Source: Verrucomicrobiia bacterium (GTDB lineage Bacteria > Verrucomicrobiota > Verrucomicrobiia > Limisphaerales > Palsa-1400). Taken from it: a DNA stretch of 64,000 nt. Both the position numbers and the translations under genes were made by a program. Positions within the stretch are counted from its first letter, which is position 1. Every line of letters begins with the position of its first letter. Under the pieces are notes generated by a model that saw nothing but the letters and a program-made list of their open reading frames with translations, was not told the DNA's origin and did not search any database. The stretch spans positions 25,683 through 89,682 of the forward strand of contig DASXZW010000046.1 in the NCBI GenBank assembly GCA_036501665.1, read 5' to 3'. This document shows, piece by piece, positions 56,048 to 64,000 of the stretch.

Positions 56048-58158
56048 CGCGAAAGTTCGTTCCACAGAAATGTGTAGGCCAGCGCGTCCATGAAGGCGGA
56101 TTGTTTATTGTTGGCAGCCGCGCCGTGGCCGCCTTCGGTGTTTTCGTAATACAAAACTTCATGGCCTTGCTCGGCCAGGCGGGCGGCCATTTTTCGGGCG
56201 TGACCGGGATGAACGCGGTCGTCGCGCGTTGAAGTCGTGATGAGGATCGGCGGGTATTTCTTATTCGCGGCGACATTTTGATACGGGGAATATTTCTGGA
56301 TATACGCCCAATCCTCAGGCTTGTCGGGGTCGCCGTATTCGTCCATCCAACTCGCGCCGGCGAGAAGTTTGTTGAAACGCCGCATGTCCAAAAGCGGCGA
56401 TCCGCAATGCACCGCGCCAAAAAGATCAGGCCGCTCTGTCAACATGACGCCCATCAGCAAACCGCCGTTGGAGCGGCCCTCGATTCCCAGATGCTTCGGC
56501 GAAGTGACGCCGCGTTTGATCAAGTCTTCAGCCACCGCGATAAAATCATCGTAGGCGCGCTGGCGATTTTGCTTTCGTGCGGCTTCGTGCCATTTGGGGC
56601 CGAATTCGCCGCCGCCGCGAATATTCGCCAGCACATAAACGCCGCCGCGTTCCAGCCACGACGTGCCGATGACCGGATTATAGTTTGGCAACATCGCAAT
56701 CTCGAATCCGCCGTAGCCGTTCAATAACGTGACATTGGTTCCCTCCAATTGAAGCCCTTTGCGTCCGACCTGAAAATAAGGGACCCGCGTCCCATCCCGC
56801 GATGTCGCGTTGAATTGCTGAATCTCTAATCCCTGGGCGTCGAAAAATGATGGCAGCGCCTTGAGCGCTTCCGTTCCTGGCTTACCCGCGACACCTAGGT
56901 AAAGGCTCGAAGGAGTCAGGAAGTCCGTCAGCGTCATGAAGTAATCGTCCGAATCATTTTCGTCGATGCCGCTGATGCTCACTGTTCCGAAGGCCGTCGG
57001 TATCGTCGGGGTTCGTTTCCATTCGCCTTGCTCATAACGCAACCAATACGGCTTGCTGTGAACATTCTCCAGTTCTGTCAAACCCAAATAATTTTTGGTT
57101 GCGGTTATCGCGGAAAGCGAAGACCTCTCAGTGGGGCGAAATACGATGGAAAAATCACGCGACCCTTTCAGGAAATCCTCCATGTTCTCGGCCAACAGCG
57201 AACCGGCAATAAACGTTTTTCCGCCGACGCTCCAATCGGTGCGCAACTCCAGAAGGATGAATTTCCCGAATGTCCTCACAGTGGCGTCGTCCGGTTTTTC
57301 CAGGCGCACCCATTGATCGCCGCGATGAAGAAATGTTTGGCCGCTGAAAAATGTCACGCCGCGGTTGATCATTTCATAGACCTCTCCATGATCGTGATCG
57401 ACGGAAACGCCAACCTCAACGTCCTCCGGTTTTCCCTCGAAAATTGTGGTCGCTTCGGATAACGGTGTTCCGCGCCGCCATTGCTTTATCACTCGAGGAT
57501 ATCCCGAACTCGTCAGAGATCCCGGGCCAAAATCCGACCCGATGTAAATCGTGTCGCGATCATGCCACGAAACGTCCGTCTTGGCCTCTGGCGCCGTGAA
57601 ACCGTCCGTGACGAATTGGAGCATCGTCAAGTCGAACTCGCGCACGACCGCCGCGTCCGCTCCTCCACGCGAAAGTTCAATCAGGCATCGGTCGTAGCTC
57701 GGTTCCAAAACAGTATAGCCGTGCCAGACCCAGTTTTCCTTTTCCTTCGACGCCAATTGATCAATGTCGAGAACGGTTTCCCAGGCGGTGTTTGGTTTCT
57801 TGTATTCTTCAAGAGTTGTGCGCCGCCACAGGCCTCGAACATTTTTATCGTCGCGCCAAAAGTTGTAATAAAACTTTCCGATTTTCGCGACGGACGGAAT
57901 CCGTTCGCGGGAATCGAAGATCGTCAACAATCGGTTCTGCAATGCGGAAAAACCGGGCGACGATTCCAGCTTCGTTTTGCTGACCGCATTTCGTTCGTGA
58001 ACCCATGCGAGCGCTTTGTCGCTGTCCACGTTTTCGAGCCAGAGGTAAGGATCATCAGTGGTGGCGTTCATGTCATTGGCGGCAAAGACGCATTGAATTG
58101 ACGCGCTTAGGAAAATCGCAAGAGCGGATGCGAGCCGCTTTTTGAATGGACAAGCCAT
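56044..58158 (-). CDS. prolyl oligopeptidase family (S9A) serine peptidase, secreted
   Basis: Signal peptide. N-terminal DPYLWLEN..ALAWV motif, 7-blade propeller region, catalytic domain with GRSNGGLL nucleophile elbow, TSTRDDRV and GGHG. Confidence 0.9.
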   Translation of the reverse strand: MACPFKKRLASALAIFLSASIQCVFAANDMNATTDDPYLWLENVDSDKALAWVHERNAVSKTKLESSPGFSALQNRLLTIFDSRERIPSVAKIGKFYYNFWRDDKNVRGLWRRTTLEEYKKPNTAWETVLDIDQLASKEKENWVWHGYTVLEPSYDRCLIELSRGGADAAVVREFDLTMLQFVTDGFTAPEAKTDVSWHDRDTIYIGSDFGPGSLTSSGYPRVIKQWRRGTPLSEATTIFEGKPEDVEVGVSVDHDHGEVYEMINRGVTFFSGQTFLHRGDQWVRLEKPDDATVRTFGKFILLELRTDWSVGGKTFIAGSLLAENMEDFLKGSRDFSIVFRPTERSSLSAITATKNYLGLTELENVHSKPYWLRYEQGEWKRTPTIPTAFGTVSISGIDENDSDDYFMTLTDFLTPSSLYLGVAGKPGTEALKALPSFFDAQGLEIQQFNATSRDGTRVPYFQVGRKGLQLEGTNVTLLNGYGGFEIAMLPNYNPVIGTSWLERGGVYVLANIRGGGEFGPKWHEAARKQNRQRAYDDFIAVAEDLIKRGVTSPKHLGIEGRSNGGLLMGVMLTERPDLFGAVHCGSPLLDMRRFNKLLAGASWMDEYGDPDKPEDWAYIQKYSPYQNVAANKKYPPILITTSTRDDRVHPGHARKMAARLAEQGHEVLYYENTEGGHGAAANNKQSAFMDALAYTFLWNELSR

Positions 58159-58187
58159 CCTCGAAGTCTAACTTGTGGACCTAATCT

Positions 58188-59630
58188 ATGAAACCCAAAA
58201 TGCACCGCCGTCAATTCGTCAAGCGGGCCGCGTTAGCCGTCGGCGCGGCCTCTACTGCAAAATTCCTCGCTTTTCCAGGCATCCTGTCCGCCCGTGAACC
58301 CAGCGACACTTTGAGATGTGTCCAGATTGGCTGCGGCGGGCGCGGCGAAACGCATCTGGAACAGGCCATCGCAAGCCAGAAACAAAAGCTGGTCGCCATG
58401 GTGGACCCTTACGACAGGCAAATCGCCGGCAAGCGAAAGTGGTTTCAGGACAAGCACCAAATCGACACAGGCGACGTTCAGGCGTTTTCGGATTACCGTG
58501 TTATGTTTGACAAGATCGCGGGACAAATCGACGTCGTTTTCATCGCCGCGCCAAACCATCACCACGCCCCGGCGGCAATGCTGGCCATGCAGGCTGGCAA
58601 AAGCGTTTATTGCGAAAAGCCCCTGACCCACGATATTTCCGAGGCCCGCAAGTTGCGCGAGGCGTCCTTGCATTATAACAAAGTGGCCACGCAAATGGGA
58701 AATCAAGGGCATTGCGAAGGCGGATATCGGCGGCTTTGCGAGTTCATTTGGGGTGGCGTTATCGGTAACGTTACTGAAACCCATAGCTGGACTGACCGTG
58801 CGAATGGCGGAATTGGGCCGCGTCCTCCAACACTGCCCGTGCCGGAAGGGATGCACTGGGATTCGTGGATTGGCCCGGCGCCTTATCGTGATTACCACTC
58901 CGACCTTCATCCGCATGAATGGCACGGCTGGTATGATTTTGGCAACGGGTCGATTGGCAACATGGGTTGCCATGTGCTGGAGGGCGTCTATTGGGCGCTT
59001 CACGGCGAACATGTCACAAGCGTTGAAATGGAATACGTGCGCGGTGGTTCCGACGAGCGTTATCCGCTCGGAAGCCGTGTCCGGTGGGACCTTCCCGCAC
59101 GCGAGGGGATGCCGCCTTTAAAGGCGTATTGGTACGAGGGATTGAATGCGACCACCAAGGACGAAGCGTCAGGCGGACTTCACGCGGCTCGCGGCAGCGC
59201 GCGGAACTTTCCCCCGATCATGGCGGAATTGAAGGAGAAGTATCCCGATGAAGAATTGGATCGTGGCGACAGCGGCAGTCTTTACATTGGCGACAAGGGA
59301 ATCATCTTTACGCAAACCTACGGTGGGAAAATGCACGTGCTACCGCTCGAAAAAATGAACGAGATAAAGCAGCCGCCCATTTCATTGCCGCGGCCAAATC
59401 CAAATCCGTTCATCAATTTCATCGAAACCTGCCGCGCTGGACGAACTGACACGGCGACGCCGTTTGAATACGGAGCGCGTTTGACCGAATTCACGCTTCT
59501 GGGAAATCTGGCTCAACATGCCGGCCCGAACAATCTTGTGGAATGGGACAGCGCAAACATGAAGGTGACGAACATTCCCGAACTCAACAAGTGGCTCAAA
59601 CGGGAGGATCGCCAAGGTTGGACCGTTTAA
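58188..59630 (+). CDS. Gfo/Idh/MocA-family oxidoreductase with Tat signal
   Basis: Twin-arginine leader MHRRQFVKRAALAVGAAS. Rossmann GCGGRGETHL..VFIAAPNHHHA..VYCEKPL. Confidence 0.9.
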   Translation: MKPKMHRRQFVKRAALAVGAASTAKFLAFPGILSAREPSDTLRCVQIGCGGRGETHLEQAIASQKQKLVAMVDPYDRQIAGKRKWFQDKHQIDTGDVQAFSDYRVMFDKIAGQIDVVFIAAPNHHHAPAAMLAMQAGKSVYCEKPLTHDISEARKLREASLHYNKVATQMGNQGHCEGGYRRLCEFIWGGVIGNVTETHSWTDRANGGIGPRPPTLPVPEGMHWDSWIGPAPYRDYHSDLHPHEWHGWYDFGNGSIGNMGCHVLEGVYWALHGEHVTSVEMEYVRGGSDERYPLGSRVRWDLPAREGMPPLKAYWYEGLNATTKDEASGGLHAARGSARNFPPIMAELKEKYPDEELDRGDSGSLYIGDKGIIFTQTYGGKMHVLPLEKMNEIKQPPISLPRPNPNPFINFIETCRAGRTDTATPFEYGARLTEFTLLGNLAQHAGPNNLVEWDSANMKVTNIPELNKWLKREDRQGWTV

Positions 59631-59647
59631 GCGTATTCATTCGGTTG

Positions 59648-59794
59648 GGGTAGCGCGGTCGTCTCGACCGCCGTCTTCGGCGTCTCGCCGAAGGCATCCG
59701 GGTCTTTGGGGCGTTCACCGTCGGACAAATAAAAAAGCTAGCAGAACCAGTCGGCGGGACGCCGACTGGCGGCGGTCGGGACGACCGCGCTCCC
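59648..59794. repeat. composite palindromic intergenic repeat, copy 3 (inverted orientation)
   Basis: The same 24-nt arms. Hairpin order and loop sequences (TCT / GGA) are the reverse complement of copies 1 and 2. Fills the gap between convergent genes. Confidence 0.85.
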
Positions 59795-59817
59795 AAGTTC
59801 AATCGCGACGAATCAGG

Positions 59818-61275
59818 CTACGCCGTCGCTTGGACAGCCCGGGCGGCGGCGAGATCAACTTTGCGTTGGCGCAGGCTCTTGAAGAATTCGTAACCTTCGC
59901 GGCAGCGGCGCACAAAAATGTCCTTATCCTCGAGCATCGTCTTGATGATCCGCAGAATCGGTTTCGGACGAAGATAATAGGCGCGGTAAAACCGGTCCAC
60001 GGCCTCAAAAATTTCGTCTTTACTCAAACCGGGATATTCCAGTGCGCTTTGTTGGAAGCCGTCGCCATGAACGATGTCGGTTTTGTCTTTCTTCGCGAAC
60101 CAGCCGTTTTGCCGCGCCATATCGAACAGTTCCGTTCCCGGATAAGGTGCGGCCAGCGAGACTTGAATGCTGAAAACATCCAATTCCATCGCGTAACGAA
60201 TCGTTTGCTCGATGGTTTCCTGCGTTTCCACTGGGAGTCCAAGAATGAAAGTGCCGTGAATGACGACGCCGGCTTTCTGGCAGGCTTTGGTAAAGCGCCG
60301 GGCTTCGTCCAATTGAATGCCTTTCTTGATGCGATTGAGAATTTCCTGGTTGCCGCTCTCGTAACCGACGAGGAATAGACGCAGCCCGGAATCCTTGAAG
60401 GATTTGATCGTATCGTAATCAAGATTCGCGCGGCTGTTGCATGACCAGGTCAAGCCTAGGGGCGCGAGCTTCTTGGCGATTTCGCGGGCGCGCGGCAAAT
60501 TGGCGGTGAATGTGTCGTCGTCAAAGAAAAATTCCTGCACTTGCGGAAACAATTTCTTCGCGTGGGCCATTTCGCCTGCGACATTTTCCGGGGAGCGAAC
60601 GCGGTATTTATGGCCGCCAATCGTCTGCGGCCAGAGGCAAAACGTGCATTGCGCCGGGCATCCGCGACCTGTGTAGAGGCTCAGGTAGGGATGCAGCAAA
60701 TAACCGATAAAATACTTTTCGATCTGCAAATCGCGCTTGTAAGTATCAACCACCCACGGAAGCGAATCCATGTTGGAGATCATCTCGCGCTCTTTGTTGT
60801 GGACAATCTTACCCTCGGAATTTCGATAAGAAAGTCCGTCGATCTGGGCCAACGGGCGGCCCTCGGAAACTTCCTTGCATGTAAAGTCGAATTCCTTGCG
60901 TCCGACCCAATCGATGGATGTGGACGCCTTCAAAGTCTCTGTTGGCAGCACCGCCGCATGAGCGCCGACAAAGCCGATTTTTGTCTCGAGCCTCTGTTGT
61001 TTGATCGCCTCGGCAACCTTGCAATCGTTTTTCAACGACGGCGTGGAGGTATTGATTACGACGTGATCGTAATCGCGCGCGATTTCGAGACATTTTTTAA
61101 CGTCGATATCGTGCGGCGGGCAATCGAGCAAACGGCTGTTCGGCACCAGCGCCGCCGGTTGGGCCAGCCACGTCGGATACCAGAACGAAGTCACTTCGCG
61201 CCGGGCCTGGTAACGCGCTCCCGCGCCGCCGTCAAAACCGTCAAAACTCGGTGGAGAAAGAAATAGGGTCTTCAT
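59818..61275 (-). CDS. hpnJ: hopanoid-biosynthesis-associated B12-binding radical SAM protein HpnJ
   Basis: MKTLFLSPPSFDGFDGGAGARYQARREVTSFWYPTWLAQPAAL is the characteristic HpnJ N-terminus. Radical SAM CPAQCTFC motif. Adjacent to hpnH. Confidence 0.85.
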   Translation of the reverse strand: MKTLFLSPPSFDGFDGGAGARYQARREVTSFWYPTWLAQPAALVPNSRLLDCPPHDIDVKKCLEIARDYDHVVINTSTPSLKNDCKVAEAIKQQRLETKIGFVGAHAAVLPTETLKASTSIDWVGRKEFDFTCKEVSEGRPLAQIDGLSYRNSEGKIVHNKEREMISNMDSLPWVVDTYKRDLQIEKYFIGYLLHPYLSLYTGRGCPAQCTFCLWPQTIGGHKYRVRSPENVAGEMAHAKKLFPQVQEFFFDDDTFTANLPRAREIAKKLAPLGLTWSCNSRANLDYDTIKSFKDSGLRLFLVGYESGNQEILNRIKKGIQLDEARRFTKACQKAGVVIHGTFILGLPVETQETIEQTIRYAMELDVFSIQVSLAAPYPGTELFDMARQNGWFAKKDKTDIVHGDGFQQSALEYPGLSKDEIFEAVDRFYRAYYLRPKPILRIIKTMLEDKDIFVRRCREGYEFFKSLRQRKVDLAAARAVQATA

Positions 61276-61312
61276 TGATTCACTTGCAACCGAATACTGT
61301 CAATAAATACTT

Positions 61313-62656
61313 TTAGGAGTGGCCGCTCTTCTTGGCGATTTTCGCGAGGAGTTCTTCGCGTTGCGATGAATCTCCCGTGCCGCACGAGGCCGCCGGGGCG
61401 TTGATCGCCGCCTTGGCTTCTGCGAGGTGTCCTTTGCCAATCGAAACACCGTTGAAGGCGTTGACCGATTTGCCGGCATAATACGGTTTGGGCTTCGCGC
61501 CGAAATTGAACGCAAAATTCTGCACCATATCGCGCGTGCTGCTGCTCAAGGCAATGCTCTGTTCATAACCGCAATGCACCATGCAGTTTTCGCAACGAGG
61601 ATCGCGCGCCACTCCTTCGACGACCCCGTATTTGTTCCAATCGACTTTCGTCAACATTTCCTGGTAGGCCGGATAATGTCCGTCCGTCATCAGGTAACAA
61701 GGCGCCTTCCAGCCGCGAACGTTGCGGGTGGGAATGGCCCAGGCGGTGCAGGTCAACTCTCGTTTGCCGGCGAGAAATTCCTGGTAACCCGGAGTGCCGA
61801 AAATTGTGAAGCGCTGGCCCCATTCCTCGATCTTGGCGAACTTCTCGCGGGTCATCTTGCGAGTCAGGAAGAAATCCTCGGGCTGTTTGCCGAGCCGCTT
61901 GACCATGTCCTTCTTGGCCGCGTCATATTCGTAACCGGGCGAAATCGTGTGTCCATTGACTTCCATCGAGGAAAAGAACTCGAACATCTTCTCGATTTCG
62001 GCGGCGTCGGTTTCCTTGTAAACCGTCGTGTTCGTGGCCACCTGGTAGCCAATAATTTTCGCCATGCGAACTGCTTCAACACATTCCTTGAAGACGCCTT
62101 CGCGTTCAACAATGAGATCATGCGTGTATTCCAGTCCGTCAATATGAACGTTCCAATACATCCACTTGGTCGGGCGGATCACCGGGCGTCCGTCTGATTT
62201 GCCTTTGCGAATGGTTTCGATGTCCTTCTCCGAAATGAGCTTTTCACCGAGAAGCTTGGAAAGTGTCGCCTCCAACCCGGTGTTATAGACGCTCGCCAGA
62301 TAATCCTTCATCTTCTTGCGCATGAACATTCCGTTCGTGCAGACATAGACGATGCGCCCCTGTTGGAGCAATCCGGCCACCAGTTCTTCGATCTTGGGAT
62401 AAATCAGCGGTTCGCCGCCGCAAATGGAAACCATCGGGGCATCGCACTCTGTCGCCGCGCCGAGGCAATCTTCCAGCGACATCATGTCCTTGAGGCTGGT
62501 GGAGTACTCGCGAATGCGCCCGCAGCCGGTGCAGGTGAGATTGCAGGTGTGGAGCGGTTCGAGTTGGAGCACGACCGCAAATTTTGGAGTGCGCCGAACC
62601 TTGTGTTTGACAATGTGCGCGGCAATTTTCGCCGTCAAAGCGAGTGGAAATCGCAT
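61313..62656 (-). CDS. hpnH: adenosyl-hopene transferase HpnH (radical SAM)
   Basis: MRFPLALTAKIAAHIVKHKV..FAVVLQLEPLHTCNLTCTGCGRIREY (CxxxCxxC) and SICGGEPL, typical of HpnH. 447 aa with an apparent C-terminal extension. Confidence 0.85.
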   Translation of the reverse strand: MRFPLALTAKIAAHIVKHKVRRTPKFAVVLQLEPLHTCNLTCTGCGRIREYSTSLKDMMSLEDCLGAATECDAPMVSICGGEPLIYPKIEELVAGLLQQGRIVYVCTNGMFMRKKMKDYLASVYNTGLEATLSKLLGEKLISEKDIETIRKGKSDGRPVIRPTKWMYWNVHIDGLEYTHDLIVEREGVFKECVEAVRMAKIIGYQVATNTTVYKETDAAEIEKMFEFFSSMEVNGHTISPGYEYDAAKKDMVKRLGKQPEDFFLTRKMTREKFAKIEEWGQRFTIFGTPGYQEFLAGKRELTCTAWAIPTRNVRGWKAPCYLMTDGHYPAYQEMLTKVDWNKYGVVEGVARDPRCENCMVHCGYEQSIALSSSTRDMVQNFAFNFGAKPKPYYAGKSVNAFNGVSIGKGHLAEAKAAINAPAASCGTGDSSQREELLAKIAKKSGHS

Positions 62657-62666
62657 ATTTTATTTT

Positions 62667-62876
62667 TTAGTTAACCGATGCCAAAACCCCGTGAGTCTCA
62701 ACCGGTGCATTTGTGGACGGAGAATGCGGGGCGGGCTGCTTATTCTGAGCAATGCCTGGCAAAAACAACGACAATGGCGACCAGGCTGGAGTAGCGTTAA
62801 ACCCGCCGCAACCGTTACCGATTGCAATCAGGAAGATCGCCACCGCCAGAGATTTAAGTAATGAGCCGAGTCTCAC
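62667..62876 (-). CDS. possible small lipoprotein upstream of hpnH
   Basis: 69-aa ORF, GTG start, lipobox-like LIAIGNGC. Stop lies 10 nt before the hpnH ATG. No family recognised. Confidence 0.35.
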   Translation of the reverse strand: MRLGSLLKSLAVAIFLIAIGNGCGGFNATPAWSPLSLFLPGIAQNKQPAPHSPSTNAPVETHGVLASVN

Positions 62877-63036
62877 TCTGCCAACTATATCGCCAGTCGG
62901 GCCAATGGCAACTTATTATTATTGTGAGGGAATGCACTACAAACATTCGCAGAGTGTTGCGGCTAAATTGGTTTGACGGCAAGTTGGGCCGCTTCAACCC
63001 CTTGACTGAAAAGCCCCTGACGAATACCGTGTTGGC

Positions 63037-63228
63037 ATGAGCAGAGCTGAGATTATAGCGGAAATTCCGAAGCTGTCTCACGAAGCGCGGCGGGAAATTA
63101 TGCGATGCATTATCGAAGCCGAGGAGGATGCCGCGACTCTGTCCGAATGCGACCAGCGGGCGCTGGAACGCTTTCAAATGCTTGACGCAATGGAAGCAGA
63201 GGATGATGAGAAGCGCGCTGCCCGGTGA
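63037..63228 (+). CDS. putative antitoxin (addiction-module component) of the MazF-like toxin
   Basis: 63 aa, acidic C-terminus. MSRAEIIAEIPKLSHEARREIMRCIIEAEE is typical of small helical antitoxins. Overlaps the downstream toxin gene by 26 nt. Confidence 0.6.
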   Translation: MSRAEIIAEIPKLSHEARREIMRCIIEAEEDAATLSECDQRALERFQMLDAMEAEDDEKRAAR

Positions 63229-63529
63229 AATTTGGCGGGTGGATTTCGGATTGGCTGCGAAAGTCCGCCCCGCGCTCATATTGAGCGATTTTCCAAGGGA
63301 CGACGAATTGGCTCTGCTTTTGGTAATTCCTCACACGACCGCAGTGCGCGGGAATCGATGGGAGTTGAACATCCCAAAGCCATTTCTAAAAAGTCCCGGG
63401 GTTTTTCACCTCCAACAAGTGCAACCCATTTCCCTGGCTCGATTCGAATCTCGACTTGGAGCGTTGACGCCGGACGAACTTAAGCGGGTAAAATTGTCGT
63501 TGGTTCAACTCCTGAACTTGAGCGCGTAG
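63203..63529 (+). CDS. type II toxin, PemK/MazF family
   Basis: LPGEIWRVDFG..VRPALILSD..LLLVIPHTT..HLQQVQPISLARFESRLGALTPDELKRV follows the MazF/PemK pattern (GEIW.VDF, RPALV.S, V.P.T., Q.R.I). The 63128 start is rejected. Confidence 0.8.
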   Translation: MMRSALPGEIWRVDFGLAAKVRPALILSDFPRDDELALLLVIPHTTAVRGNRWELNIPKPFLKSPGVFHLQQVQPISLARFESRLGALTPDELKRVKLSLVQLLNLSA

Positions 63530-63619
63530 CGTTCAGCGCGATCCTCTGCGCTCATCTGTTTGGTTGGCCATAGAGAACTTGCTTGGAAGGCAGGTTGATG
63601 TGCTTATTTTATTTCATTC

Positions 63620-64000
63620 ATGGATTACTGCGCGCTGACACAAGTGTTCGCCAGGACTGGACGCCGTTCTTTGCGCCGCGTTTTGGAACCGCTGGAATCC
63701 TCAGACACAATTCAGTCGGACTTTTTGCCGTTTGAGATCAATGGTGAACCTTATTCCCTGCCGCGAATAACTGTTTGCGCTTCCGGCGACGCGGACCCGA
63801 TTCGACTGGGGATATTTGCGGCCATTCATGGGGATGAACCCGCGGGCGCTTTGGCAATTGTCAAATTGTTGCTGGAATTGGCCCAACAGCCGGAATGGGC
63901 CGCAAATTATCACGTCAAGGCATATCCCATTTGCAACCCGACCGGTTTCGAGGACAACACGCGGGAATCGCGGCGCGGCAAGGATTTGAACCGCGAATTC
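63620..64000 (+). CDS. succinylglutamate desuccinylase/aspartoacylase (M14-like) family protein, N-terminal part (3' end outside window)
   Basis: Frame is open from ATG 63620 to the window end. IFAAIHGDEPAG (zinc-ligand HxxE) and CNPTGFEDNTRESRRGKDLNREF are typical of the AstE/AspA family. Confidence 0.7.
   Translation, partial: MDYCALTQVFARTGRRSLRRVLEPLESSDTIQSDFLPFEINGEPYSLPRITVCASGDADPIRLGIFAAIHGDEPAGALAIVKLLLELAQQPEWAANYHVKAYPICNPTGFEDNTRESRRGKDLNREF

Noticed and set aside
62854-63279. 141-aa minus-strand ORF overlapping the antitoxin gene
   Set aside because: It is antisense to the MazEF-like antitoxin/toxin pair, has no motifs and would leave the toxin without a partner.

Overview
High-GC chromosomal segment with a PVC-superphylum (Verrucomicrobia-like) gene repertoire. 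This taxonomic call is inferred from the protein families; no database search was run. About 60 genes are supported.

Main gene content, in order:
- CE15-like esterase fragment and a VOC protein.
- NodT/MFP/CzcA-type RND metal efflux operon.
- Secreted kinase-like protein.
- Truncated KdpD-like kinase plus KdpE-like regulator.
- glnK-amtB.
- YVTN beta-propeller plus CusRS-like two-component system.
- tRNA-Thr(CGT), then a possible integrase remnant and a NERD-domain gene.
- An 11-kb Wsp/Frz-like chemosensory cluster (cheW-cheR(TPR)-cheW-MCP(CHASE3)-cheA/REC-cheB), followed by REC-histidine kinases instead of a classical output.
- Transglutaminase-like protein, FadL-like porin, purA, arylsulfatase.
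- PVC-type CxxCH haem / HEAT-repeat dehydrogenase-like protein.
- icd, ECF sigma factor, prolyl oligopeptidase, hopanoid genes hpnH and hpnJ.
- Two clear type II toxin-antitoxin pairs (HigBA-like, MazEF-like).

Most noteworthy observations:
1. Several unrelated families of nested-hairpin, non-coding palindromic repeats fill 3' and convergent intergenic gaps. They include a 3-copy ~147-nt composite element, a 179-nt MITE-like element with perfect 34-bp arms, and a GA-rich hairpin repeat that also sits in-frame inside cheR.
2. An AT-richer islet (about 47.9-52.0 kb) combines HigBA, a small multi-TM protein, a YdjG-like zinc-ribbon membrane protein, an SPFH protein fused to an excisionase-type HTH, and a stand-alone HEPN-like (R-x4-H) protein.
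3. A NERD protein with a duplicated Cys-rich module lies next to the tRNA and integrase remnant.

No CRISPR array, rRNA, transposase or reverse transcriptase was seen. All family assignments come from motif recognition by eye.
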